Shown here one piece after another: positions 10,586 to 19,432 of a stretch of DNA of 64,000 bases (positions are counted from its first letter, which is position 1; each line of letters opens with the position of its first letter). A program made the translations under genes and the position numbers. The notes beneath the pieces are model-generated. The model did no database searches. It saw only the letters and a list, made by a program, of their open reading frames with translations, and was not told the DNA's origin. The stretch is taken from NCBI GenBank assembly GCA_045613785.1, contig JAZLBQ010000012.1, positions 32,099 to 96,098 on the forward strand, written 5' to 3'. This stretch comes from Candidatus Enterousia sp. Its GTDB lineage: Bacteria; Pseudomonadota; Alphaproteobacteria; Rs-D84.

Positions 10586-11443
10586 ATGTCCCAAGATTTC
10601 ACATTACACACCCACACAAACCTATTTGACGGTAAAAATAGTGTTAGTGAAATGATTGCTGCCGCTAAAAAGTCTGGTATGCAGGCAATCGGGATTTCTG
10701 ACCACTTTATTGTGCATTCTGATATTCCGACAACCAAGGCATATGCTGCAGCGACACGTGGTGGGTATGCAAAAATGTATATGGATAACTTTGATGATGT
10801 TCTCCTGGCGTTTCAGCGGCATTATGATGAAATTCGTCAAATTGCGGAAAGCGAAACAATCCAAGTCTTGTGCGGAATGGAAGTGGACTTTTTTGACAGT
10901 CCTGATTGGCGACGTGGCTTTGAGCGTGCATTAAAGGTCTTAAAACCAGACTATATTATTGGCTCTGGGCATTTTATTGAATACGGTGGCACTGTATGCA
11001 ACGTTCACGATATTGCAAATGCAGAACCTGATGAATCCGACAGAATGTTGGCAGAATATTGGGCTAAAATTCAAAGAATTGCCCAGTCTGGAATGTTTAA
11101 TTGGCTTGCCCACCTTGATTTGCCCAAAAAATGCAATCTGGGTCAGGATAAAAAGTGGCAGACAGTCGAAGCCCAGACAATCCAGGCAATTTCGGATTCT
11201 GGTGCAAGTATTGAAATAAATACCAAAGGTCTTTCACTGCCGTATAACGAGCCTTATCCATCATCACGTATTCTAAGGATGGCGGCAGATGCCAATATAC
11301 CTGTTCTTATCAGTGATGATGCACACTCGGTTGATCAGGTGCACAGGGGATTTGACGTTGCGGAAAGCTTTGCACGTGAAAACGGTGTAAAAAACCGACA
11401 GTCATTACAGAAAATACTTGATTTTTCAAATAAAAGCCTATAA
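10586..11443 (+). CDS. PHP-domain histidinol-phosphatase-like hydrolase (HisJ family)
   Basis: LHTHTNLFDGKNS...AIGISDHF PHP metal-binding motifs. The start lies 2 nt after the LemA stop. Confidence 0.8.
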   Translation: MSQDFTLHTHTNLFDGKNSVSEMIAAAKKSGMQAIGISDHFIVHSDIPTTKAYAAATRGGYAKMYMDNFDDVLLAFQRHYDEIRQIAESETIQVLCGMEVDFFDSPDWRRGFERALKVLKPDYIIGSGHFIEYGGTVCNVHDIANAEPDESDRMLAEYWAKIQRIAQSGMFNWLAHLDLPKKCNLGQDKKWQTVEAQTIQAISDSGASIEINTKGLSLPYNEPYPSSRILRMAADANIPVLISDDAHSVDQVHRGFDVAESFARENGVKNRQSLQKILDFSNKSL

Positions 11444-11571
11444 AATACCGCCTGCTGGGTAATCAGAACTGATTAAGCGGCGGTGCTTTTTTGGTCCCGT
11501 CTGCGATAAGGATTCTGTTCTTGGTTATGAACACCCGGCACCGTAAAACCAAAAACAAAGGAAAATAAACT

Positions 11572-12204
11572 ATGGCAAGAGCAGGTGCAAAGCGTAGCAC
11601 ACGCAAATTGAAAATCGGACGTAGCCTGGGCGTAAACTTGTGGGGTCAGGCGAAATCTCCATTTAACAAACGTAAATATAAACCTGGTCAGCACGGTCCA
11701 ACATCACGTGGTGGCAACTCATCTGATTATGCAAAACAGATGCGTGCAAAACAGACCTTAAAGGGTTATTATGGTAATATCGGCGAAAAGAAATTCCGCA
11801 AATATTACATCGAAGCAAACAATATGAAGGGCGACACACCAGAAAACTTGATTGGTTTGTTGGAACGTCGTTTGGACGCAGTTGTATATCGTGCAAAATT
11901 GGCACCAACTGTATTCTCTTCACGTCAGTTGATTAGCCACGGTCATATCAACGTAAATGGCAAACGTGTAAAGATTGCATCATACCAGGTAAAACCAGGT
12001 GATGTTATCACAGTCAGCGAAAAAGCAAAACAGATGCCATTGGTTGTTTTGGCATTGGAATCTGGCGAACGCAATTTTGCAGACTATGTTTCTGTTGACA
12101 GTGCAAACTTCACAGCAACATTTGTTCGTGTTCCAGCATTCGAAGACGTTCCATATCCTGTTCAGATGTTCCCAGAATTGGTCGTCGAATTCTATTCTCG
12201 CTAA
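11572..12204 (+). CDS. rpsD: 30S ribosomal protein S4
   Basis: 210-aa ORF with an alpha-type N-terminus ([14 protein letters not shown]) and an S4 RNA-binding domain ([11 protein letters not shown]). Confidence 0.97.
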   Translation: MARAGAKRSTRKLKIGRSLGVNLWGQAKSPFNKRKYKPGQHGPTSRGGNSSDYAKQMRAKQTLKGYYGNIGEKKFRKYYIEANNMKGDTPENLIGLLERRLDAVVYRAKLAPTVFSSRQLISHGHINVNGKRVKIASYQVKPGDVITVSEKAKQMPLVVLALESGERNFADYVSVDSANFTATFVRVPAFEDVPYPVQMFPELVVEFYSR

Positions 12205-12220
12205 TAGAAATATTGGAAAT

Positions 12221-12251
12221 AAAAAATCCCGGTTTGCCGGGATTTTTTTTA
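12221..12251. terminator. bidirectional rho-independent terminator (rpsD / recombinase gene)
   Basis: ATCCCGG-tttg-CCGGGAT hairpin flanked by an A-run and a T-run. Confidence 0.8.
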
Positions 12252-12260
12252 ATGGTTTTT

Positions 12261-13172
12261 TTAATCTTTTGCACGGGGGTGGGCATTGGCATATATGTTT
12301 GAAATTTCTGCCATATTGACTTTGGTGTATAACTGGGTTGTTGACAGTGATGTATGCCCCAGTAATTCTTGCAGACTACGTAAATCTGCACCACCCGACA
12401 ACAGTGCAGTTGCAAACGTGTGCCTCAGTGCGTGTGGTGTTACAAAATCTGGTAGTTGCAGGTAATGACGCAGGCTTTCAACGACTTTTTCTGCCATGCG
12501 TGCTGACATAGGTAACCCACGCACACTGCAAAACACAGGGTCGTCTATTTTATTAGAATAAGGACGAACACTTATGTATTTATCAATCGCATTCCAAACC
12601 GCTGGCAATACCGGAACCAGTCTTTCCTTGTTTCCTTTGCCGACAATACGCAACACGTCAGGTCGATTGCCTATGTCGCTGTTTTTTAGTCCCAGTGCTT
12701 CAGATATTCGCAGACCGCACCCAAACAACAGCACAACCAACGCCCAATCACGTGCTGCCAGCCATGGATTATTTGCATCAATCACCAGTATTGCGTCATG
12801 CATATTTTCAACATCTATTGGGCTGATTGCCTTAGACAGTTTGCGTGGAACTTTTGGCGAAACAATCAAACCAATCGCATCATTTTTTATACCAAATTGT
12901 TTTTCAATAAATCTGTAAAAAGCACGTAATGATGACAATGCACGTGCGGTTGATTTATGAGATAGCCCACGTCTTTGTCTATCTGCCAGAAAAGCCCTGA
13001 AACAAATTGTGTCTGCATGACCGATATTAGATAAATTTGGCGTTTCGCTAGCCCATTTTTGATAAAAGTCTAAGAAGTCTTGTGTGTCAGCCTGGTATGC
13101 CGTCGCCGTATGTTCAGAATAGTTCTTTACGGTTTTAATAAAGTCAATAAAATCAGCGACGGTCTGTTCCAT
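12261..13172 (-). CDS. tyrosine site-specific recombinase XerC/XerD family
   Basis: 303 aa with R...HxLRHxFAT...LLGH...Y catalytic motifs (HALRHTFATALL, LLGHTSLSTTQLYT). XerC and XerD cannot be told apart by eye. Confidence 0.9.
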   Translation of the reverse strand: MEQTVADFIDFIKTVKNYSEHTATAYQADTQDFLDFYQKWASETPNLSNIGHADTICFRAFLADRQRRGLSHKSTARALSSLRAFYRFIEKQFGIKNDAIGLIVSPKVPRKLSKAISPIDVENMHDAILVIDANNPWLAARDWALVVLLFGCGLRISEALGLKNSDIGNRPDVLRIVGKGNKERLVPVLPAVWNAIDKYISVRPYSNKIDDPVFCSVRGLPMSARMAEKVVESLRHYLQLPDFVTPHALRHTFATALLSGGADLRSLQELLGHTSLSTTQLYTKVNMAEISNIYANAHPRAKD

Positions 13173-13181
13173 ACATTACCT

Positions 13182-13910
13182 TTATTTAATTTCAAATACT
13201 GCACTAACAGAAACGGAAACGTCTGTGTCCTTAGAAACTATTGTCCCAGCCATATCCATCGTAGATGCTGCCGCCACCATTTTTGTTCGCATCAGGTTTG
13301 CAGGTGCAACTGAATCTGAAACATTTGTTCCGTATGCTACAGACAGCATTTTTCCGGCTTTTTTGTTGTCGCCTGCCGCCAGTGCATTTGCACGCACACG
13401 TGCATTTTCGACTGCGACCCCCAGGCACTTTTCCGTAATCGGTTGTAATACCGCAGGGCTTGAATACATTCGTAGATTTTCAGAATAAACATTGGGCACG
13501 CCAGAAAATACACTTAAAACATCTTCGATTGTTGCTATCGAAACTGCTGAAACTTCTATTGCGATTGTCGTTTCAATGCCCTGCGAAATAGACTTTTGTT
13601 CGTCCCGATTCCATTCAGTTTTTTCATATGAATTGAACTGAGTCGTCTGCATTTCAACTGGCATTTTTTTCAAGTATTCTGTAATTTCTGCAACTTGTTT
13701 GGTTGCCTGTTGCACAGAACTAATCGCTGTTGGTGCCAACGTAGTTATTCGCAATGTGATTGCTGTTTTGTCTTTTGGGGCTGTGGTCAGACATTCTCCG
13801 CTAACGGAAATTGTTTTTGGTTCTGAACGTCTTTCCAGCATTCCGAACACCAACGACATAACGGCAGCCGCTCCGATAACAGTTCCAATCCAAATCAGTG
13901 TTTTTTTCAT
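13182..13910 (-). CDS. SIMPL/DUF541 family periplasmic protein
   Basis: Signal/TM N-terminus, and ISVSGECLTTAPKDKTAITLRI is typical of SIMPL proteins. Confidence 0.75.
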   Translation of the reverse strand: MKKTLIWIGTVIGAAAVMSLVFGMLERRSEPKTISVSGECLTTAPKDKTAITLRITTLAPTAISSVQQATKQVAEITEYLKKMPVEMQTTQFNSYEKTEWNRDEQKSISQGIETTIAIEVSAVSIATIEDVLSVFSGVPNVYSENLRMYSSPAVLQPITEKCLGVAVENARVRANALAAGDNKKAGKMLSVAYGTNVSDSVAPANLMRTKMVAAASTMDMAGTIVSKDTDVSVSVSAVFEIK

Positions 13911-13929
13911 ATTCTCTCTCCTGTTAAAT

Positions 13930-14931
13930 TTATAATCCCAACATTGCTTTTTTTACATGTTTAATTGTTTCAGATGCAACAATTTTTGCACGGTCTGCAC
14001 CATCTGCCAGAATTTTATCGATTTCGGCTGTGTTCGCCATCAAGCGTTCATATTCTGCCCGTGGTTTTTCCAAGACAGAGTTGATTTTTTCAAACAATAT
14101 TGTTTTTGCTGTGCCATATCCCATGCCACCCTGACGGAACATTTCTGCAAATTCTGCAATTTCCGCATCTGTTGCAAAATGTTTATATAACTGAAAGATA
14201 GTTGATTCATCAGGATTCTTTGCTTCTTCGGGCAGTTTAGAATCTGTGATAATACGCATAATCTTCTTTTTCAGTTCTTTTTCTGGTGCGAACAATGGGA
14301 TGGTGTTGTCGTATGATTTGCTCATTTTGCGACCGTCCAGACCAGGCACTAATCCTGTATCTTGTCCGATAACAGGTTCTGGCAATTTAAATGTTTTGCC
14401 ATAAGTATGATTAAAATATCCTGCGATATCACGAGCAAATTCAACATGTTGTTTTTGGTCGGCGCCAACCGGCACGATATCAGAGTTATACAACAATATA
14501 TCCGCACTCATCAGCACAGGGTATGTATAAAGCCCCATATTCACACCTGCGTCAATATCGTTGCCTGCGGCATTATTTTTGTCCGTTGCGGCCTTGTATG
14601 AATGAGCACGGTTCATCAATCCTTTTGGGGTGACGTTCATCAGGAAAGTATTTAACTGATAAATTTCATCAATATCCGACTGGCGGAACAAGACTGCATT
14701 GTTCAAGTCCAACCCCAACGCAATCAAAAGAGCAGCGATTTCATAAGTGTGCTGTTTAATCTGTGCAGCGTCAGTGATAGTATTCAGTGCGTGCAGATCA
14801 GCGATAAACATAAAAGTTTTGCTGGTCTTTGATTGTTCTATCAATGGTTTTAATGCCCCAACATAGTTGCCCAAGTGCGGCATACCTGTTGGTTTAATTC
14901 CTGTTAAAACTACTTTGTCCGTATTTGACAT
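13930..14931 (-). CDS. trpS: tryptophan--tRNA ligase
   Basis: The class I signatures are HLGNY (HIGH) and KMSKS. The ORF is 333 aa. Confidence 0.97.
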   Translation of the reverse strand: MSNTDKVVLTGIKPTGMPHLGNYVGALKPLIEQSKTSKTFMFIADLHALNTITDAAQIKQHTYEIAALLIALGLDLNNAVLFRQSDIDEIYQLNTFLMNVTPKGLMNRAHSYKAATDKNNAAGNDIDAGVNMGLYTYPVLMSADILLYNSDIVPVGADQKQHVEFARDIAGYFNHTYGKTFKLPEPVIGQDTGLVPGLDGRKMSKSYDNTIPLFAPEKELKKKIMRIITDSKLPEEAKNPDESTIFQLYKHFATDAEIAEFAEMFRQGGMGYGTAKTILFEKINSVLEKPRAEYERLMANTAEIDKILADGADRAKIVASETIKHVKKAMLGL

Positions 14932-15121
14932 AATAAATATCCTTTCATTGTTTGTATTTTAATGATTTTGTTTTGTAAAATAAAGCCCAAATTTATCAGA
15001 CACCTTGGACTAGGGTGCAAAAAACATATTAGGCGTCAACACGCCAACAAACAAATTCTGCAAAGTTAAAAATGCACTTTCTCATAAGCATAATTATAAA
15101 TCCAAAGCATAAAAAATTCAA

Positions 15122-15150
15122 TAAAAAACGCCCAGACGGGCGTTTTTTTA
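15122..15150 (-). terminator. rho-independent terminator after alaS (bidirectional shape)
   Basis: ACGCCC-agac-GGGCGT hairpin with flanking A-run and T-run. Confidence 0.8.
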
Positions 15151-17229
15151 TTATTCTGCCAATGTTCCAACAGACATTGTAATGCGTCGGATACCACTGC
15201 TGATAGACTTTTCTTTGTTTACTTTGGCTTTTAATATTTCGCCTGTGTGATAAATGTGTGTTCCGCCACACAGCTCACACGAAACGTCGCCTGCGGTAAT
15301 GACCTTGACGGTATCACCATATTTTTCGCCAAACAACGCCATTGCACCTTTTTTGACTGCTTCGTCCAAGGGCATTTCTTCGTGTTCAACAGGCATATCC
15401 ATTGCAATCCATTTGTTTACCAGGTCTTCCACAGCCTGCTTTTCTTCTGCGGTCATAGCACGACCAAATCGAAAGTCAAAACGAACCGAGTCAGGCGAAA
15501 CCTTAGAACCACGCTGTTCAACATCTTCGTTCAAGACGCTGCGTAATGCGGCCTGCAACAGGTGGGTTGCCGTATGTGCACGAGCAGTCTGTTGACGTAT
15601 TGCCGCATTTATAACAGGTTTTACAACGTCGCCAACGTTCAGTGTTTCTGTAATTGTTCCCTTGTGAATAACAACGTTGTCAACACGTGCAGCCTCGGCT
15701 ATGTTCATTACAACATCTCCATCACGTTTCAGTTCACCACTGTCGCCAACCTGACCGCCTTGTGTTCCATAGAATACTGTTTTGTCCAACGCAACTTCGA
15801 CTTCATCGCCTGGGTTGGCTGTCTGAACAAATTCTCCATTACGCAGGATTGACAATACTTTTGATTCCATGTCTGCAGGTGCATATTTAGCGGAATCGTC
15901 TGTGGCAGGCAAATCTGTCTGCGATTCCCAGAATATCCGTGTTCCCTTGGTGTTTGCACGACTGCGTTCTTTTTGTTCAGCCATAGACTTTTCAAAACCT
16001 GCGACATCGACATCGATATTGCGATCACGCAAAATCATCTGGGTTAAATCCAGCGGAAATCCATATGTGTCAAACAGTTTGAACGCAACATCTCCTGGCA
16101 GAACAGCGTTGTTTAACTTTGGTATTTCATTTTCCAATAACTTCATACCGTTTTGCAACATATCTGCAAAAGAATTTTCTTCGTTTTGGATAATTTCAAT
16201 AACACGATTTTGTTCACGTGCTAATTCTGGATATGCTTCACCCATTTCTGTAATCAGGGCAGGGTATAGTTTTGACAGCAACGCTCCCTTGTGTCCCAAG
16301 ATTTGACCATGTCGCATTGCACGACGCAAAATACGGCGAATAACATATCCACGATCTGTGTTTGATGGAATAACGCCGTCTGCAATTGCAAAGCCCACAC
16401 TACGCAAGTGGTCTGTAATGACCTTGAAACTTGCAACATTTTCGCTTGTTTCTGCAACGCCTGTGATATCAGATACTGCACGTTTTAAGTTTACAAACAA
16501 ATCTGTATCATAGTTGTCAGTTTTACCCTGTAATATTGACGCAAAGCGTTCCAAGCCCGCCCCAGTATCAACATTTTGCTTTGGCAGCGGTGTTAAATTG
16601 CCGTTTGCATCACGGTCATATTGCATGAACACGTCGTTCCAGATTTCGACCCAGCGACCGCCGTCTTCGTTTTCACTGCCTGGCATGCCACCTGGTAAAT
16701 CCGCCCCCATATCATAGTGCATTTCTGTGCATGGACCACATGGGCCAGTATCGCCTGCTGACCACCAGTTGTCTTTGTCGCCCAACAAAATTGCGTCTTT
16801 GCCAGCAACTTTTTTCCAGATTTTTACTGCTTCATCATCATTATAATGCGTTGTGACAACAATTCTGTTTGGGTCCAAACCAAAAACCTTGGTCAGCAAC
16901 TCCCAAGACATTTCGATTGCACCTTCTTTGAAATAGTCCCCAAAAGACCAATTTCCCAACATTTCAAAGAAAGTATGATGACGGCCGTCAAAACCAACGT
17001 CTTCCAGATCATTGTGTTTACCGCCTGCACGGATACATTTTTGAACGTCTGCCACACGTGGTGCAAATGCAGGTTCTGTCCCTTGTAAAATTCCTTTCCA
17101 AGGCACCATACCTGCCACTGTAAACAACAAAGTAGGGTCGTTTGGAATCAACGATGCAGAAGGAACAATTTTATGTCCCTTAGATTCAAAATATTCTAAA
17201 AAAGCCTTGCGTATATCATTATATTTCAT
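15151..17229 (-). CDS. alaS: alanine--tRNA ligase, short form lacking the C-Ala domain
   Basis: The N-terminus FLEYFESKGHKIVPSASLIP...FTVAGM and the editing-domain HxxxH...CGGTH motif are present. The protein ends about 30 aa after CGGTH. Confidence 0.93.
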   Translation of the reverse strand: MKYNDIRKAFLEYFESKGHKIVPSASLIPNDPTLLFTVAGMVPWKGILQGTEPAFAPRVADVQKCIRAGGKHNDLEDVGFDGRHHTFFEMLGNWSFGDYFKEGAIEMSWELLTKVFGLDPNRIVVTTHYNDDEAVKIWKKVAGKDAILLGDKDNWWSAGDTGPCGPCTEMHYDMGADLPGGMPGSENEDGGRWVEIWNDVFMQYDRDANGNLTPLPKQNVDTGAGLERFASILQGKTDNYDTDLFVNLKRAVSDITGVAETSENVASFKVITDHLRSVGFAIADGVIPSNTDRGYVIRRILRRAMRHGQILGHKGALLSKLYPALITEMGEAYPELAREQNRVIEIIQNEENSFADMLQNGMKLLENEIPKLNNAVLPGDVAFKLFDTYGFPLDLTQMILRDRNIDVDVAGFEKSMAEQKERSRANTKGTRIFWESQTDLPATDDSAKYAPADMESKVLSILRNGEFVQTANPGDEVEVALDKTVFYGTQGGQVGDSGELKRDGDVVMNIAEAARVDNVVIHKGTITETLNVGDVVKPVINAAIRQQTARAHTATHLLQAALRSVLNEDVEQRGSKVSPDSVRFDFRFGRAMTAEEKQAVEDLVNKWIAMDMPVEHEEMPLDEAVKKGAMALFGEKYGDTVKVITAGDVSCELCGGTHIYHTGEILKAKVNKEKSISSGIRRITMSVGTLAE

Positions 17230-17324
17230 ATCTGTTTCCCTTTAATTCTGGGGTATTGTATAAATATTCCCCCATTGTTTCAATCATATATTTAAGTTTT
17301 TTATGAAAAATATCAAAAGTTGTA

Positions 17325-18140
17325 TTATTGCCCCGCTGGGGCGGCACCAGTATTGATGCCTAGTGCGGCATAAATTATCTGGTTGCATTTAGATATCAAG
17401 CGTTTTTCTAATTCTGCTTGAGCTTTGTTAGGTTTTGAGTCTTTTGGGTTTTGTCCCAATTTCATAGTGATACAACTAACAGAATCCATATAAATTGGCA
17501 TTGTTTCTGACTTCTTGCTATGTGCGATAATATTTAAGGCCGACCACATCAGTGTATCCACAGGCACACCTGCACCTGGTTGTTCGTCTATGCACAAGAA
17601 ATCTGCGATATTGTCATTTAGGATACGGCCCATATCTAATGCCAATGGCAACCGCACTGCTGTTCCCTTCATTCCAATGCTAGGGCGTAGCATACAGACA
17701 TTTTCATTGTCTATGACATAGTCTGTTGGGCTTTTCATTATCCGCAGAACATTATTCAGCTGCTTTTTTATAACAACAATATTTTGTATTACTGCGAAAA
17801 TATCATCTGAAACACTTGGGATTTTGATATCCAGCAACACGTCGTCATCATTTGTAAAGACAAACCATTTCGATTTTAACTTTTTTTTGGCAACGAAATC
17901 CAAAATTGCCAGCCTGGAACGCAGTTTTCCGATATTACTGTTACTGTTTATTATGTGCAGTCTGCCACGATACCCAAGTTTTCTAATTTGTCGCTTAGAA
18001 ATTTTAGTTTCAGGATTGTCGTTATGAATTATCAGTATAATTTTGCGTTTTATTCTTGCCAACGCCGGGATTGACAGCTCCAAATATTCGTTATATCTGG
18101 TTGTTAGACCTATGATAATGTTGGCACTTTTTCTAAACAT
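17325..18140 (-). CDS. hypothetical protein, weakly glycosyltransferase-like
   Basis: Start chosen at Met15 of the tracked ORF. The IIGLTTRYN...IIHNDNP...FTNDDD pattern is loosely GT-A-like. Confidence 0.4.
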   Translation of the reverse strand: MFRKSANIIIGLTTRYNEYLELSIPALARIKRKIILIIHNDNPETKISKRQIRKLGYRGRLHIINSNSNIGKLRSRLAILDFVAKKKLKSKWFVFTNDDDVLLDIKIPSVSDDIFAVIQNIVVIKKQLNNVLRIMKSPTDYVIDNENVCMLRPSIGMKGTAVRLPLALDMGRILNDNIADFLCIDEQPGAGVPVDTLMWSALNIIAHSKKSETMPIYMDSVSCITMKLGQNPKDSKPNKAQAELEKRLISKCNQIIYAALGINTGAAPAGQ

Positions 18141-18225
18141 ATAAAAATCATAGCATAACAATTTGAAAAATTGCAAATACATACTTGTTTATGATATAAT
18201 ACAAACTGTTCAAAAGGGGAATTTG

Positions 18226-18702
18226 ATGAAGCCAACAATGTTATTTGCAGTGGTTTTATTGACGATTATTGTTTTAATGTCATCGTTTGGGATACAGCTG
18301 TCGCCATCTGAACCATTGGCACTGTCTGCATCTGCGGCACCAAATACATTGTTTGTATGTCCAGCGGCCAGCAACACTTGGGATACGTTGGCAAAAGGGC
18401 TGGGGCAGTTTACCCGACCATTGATGATAGGTTTCTTTTTTGCGTTGATATTGTTGTGCTTTTCGTGGGCGTGGGCAATGTATCAAAATTTATTAAAAGA
18501 CAAATTTGTTCGTGATGCGTTTAAAACGCCGTGGGCAGCGACCAAGTTGTTATTCTGGGCGGTTATATTAGTTTCTATGTTGGTATTGACTCCAAATCAT
18601 TTTCGTAGTGTTCAGGTCAGTGGTCGTGCAGGACAGTGGGTATTATGCGAAAATAACACGCCTGGTGCTCTTGCAGTTCCTGCTGACAGCGTTCATCGCT
18701 AA
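18226..18702 (+). CDS. hypothetical membrane protein (signal peptide plus two TM segments)
   Basis: ATG at 18226 preceded by AAGGGGA. Three hydrophobic segments are present. Confidence 0.6.
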   Translation: MKPTMLFAVVLLTIIVLMSSFGIQLSPSEPLALSASAAPNTLFVCPAASNTWDTLAKGLGQFTRPLMIGFFFALILLCFSWAWAMYQNLLKDKFVRDAFKTPWAATKLLFWAVILVSMLVLTPNHFRSVQVSGRAGQWVLCENNTPGALAVPADSVHR

Positions 18703-18751
18703 GATACAATTTGTCAACAATGCAAAAATCAGGGGTTTTTTAATTATTGTC

Positions 18752-18780
18752 TTGACATAAACGGCGGATTTCTTTACGAT
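18752..18780 (+). promoter_or_regulatory. sigma70-type promoter upstream of the HU gene
   Basis: TTGACA, 17 nt spacer, TACGAT. Confidence 0.6.
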
Positions 18781-18857
18781 TCGGACAAGCAGTAACAGAA
18801 ATGTCCTTTGAAACTGCGGGACACTATAAATAAAAAATTCTATGAAAGGAGAAACAA

Positions 18858-19130
18858 ATGAACAAACAACAACTGATTGAAGCAATCGCAAACGAAGTTG
18901 ACGTAACCAAGGCAACAGCTGCTGCTTGCTTGGATGCATTCATCAACACAGTTACAAAAGTTTTGAAAAAGAAAGGCGAAGTTCGTTTGGTTGGTTTTGG
19001 CACATTTGCAACTGCAAAACGCAAAGCTACAACAGGCCGTAATCCTCAGACAGGCGATGCAATCAAAATCCCTGCTTCTACACAGCCTAAGTTCAAGCCA
19101 GGTAAAGCATTGAAAGAAGCTTTGAACTAA
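18858..19130 (+). CDS. hup: DNA-binding protein HU
   Basis: 90 aa; FGTFATAKRKATTGRNPQTGDAIKIPAS is the HU/IHF arm signature. Confidence 0.95.
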   Translation: MNKQQLIEAIANEVDVTKATAAACLDAFINTVTKVLKKKGEVRLVGFGTFATAKRKATTGRNPQTGDAIKIPASTQPKFKPGKALKEALN

Positions 19131-19143
19131 AAACTGCAAAGTT

Positions 19144-19177
19144 AAAAAAAGCGTCCCGATTGGGGCGTGTTTTTTTA
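19144..19177 (+). terminator. rho-independent terminator
   Basis: GC-rich hairpin GCGTCCCgattGGGGCGT followed by T7. Confidence 0.75.
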
Positions 19178-19432
19178 TTGTCTTGATTTTAGTTAAAAAT
19201 GCACTATTATATAAAGTGTAGATAACAAGAATGTAGGTCTGTTTGCAGTTTTTTTCTGCACACAAGTGGAATTTATCCCTGTGTCTTTATTTTTAATAAT
19301 AAAATACCATAGGGGTGCATAATGTCGCACGGCCCAGGATTCACTACGGATAAAGACGTAACAGAACCAAGGTCTTTATTGGCAATGAATTTTACGGCCG
19401 TGCAAATGTAAAACACTAAAAAAGGAAAATAA

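Noticed and set aside
12261-13172. Tyrosine recombinase considered as the integrase of a mobile element.
   Set aside because: It has a XerC/XerD-like length and motifs in a housekeeping context. It is about 9 kb from the nearest tRNA gene on either side, and no flanking repeats were seen.
15064-15078. 15-nt identity AGTTAAAAATGCACT, also present at 19191-19205, considered as a shared operator.
   Set aside because: A single A/T-rich 15-mer match is about what chance predicts in 64 kb of AT-rich DNA. No further copies were seen.
14932-15150. T-box or other riboswitch leaders for trpS, alaS, lysS and cysS.
   Set aside because: No T-box consensus or specifier-loop arrangement is visible. The hairpins present are explained as intrinsic terminators.
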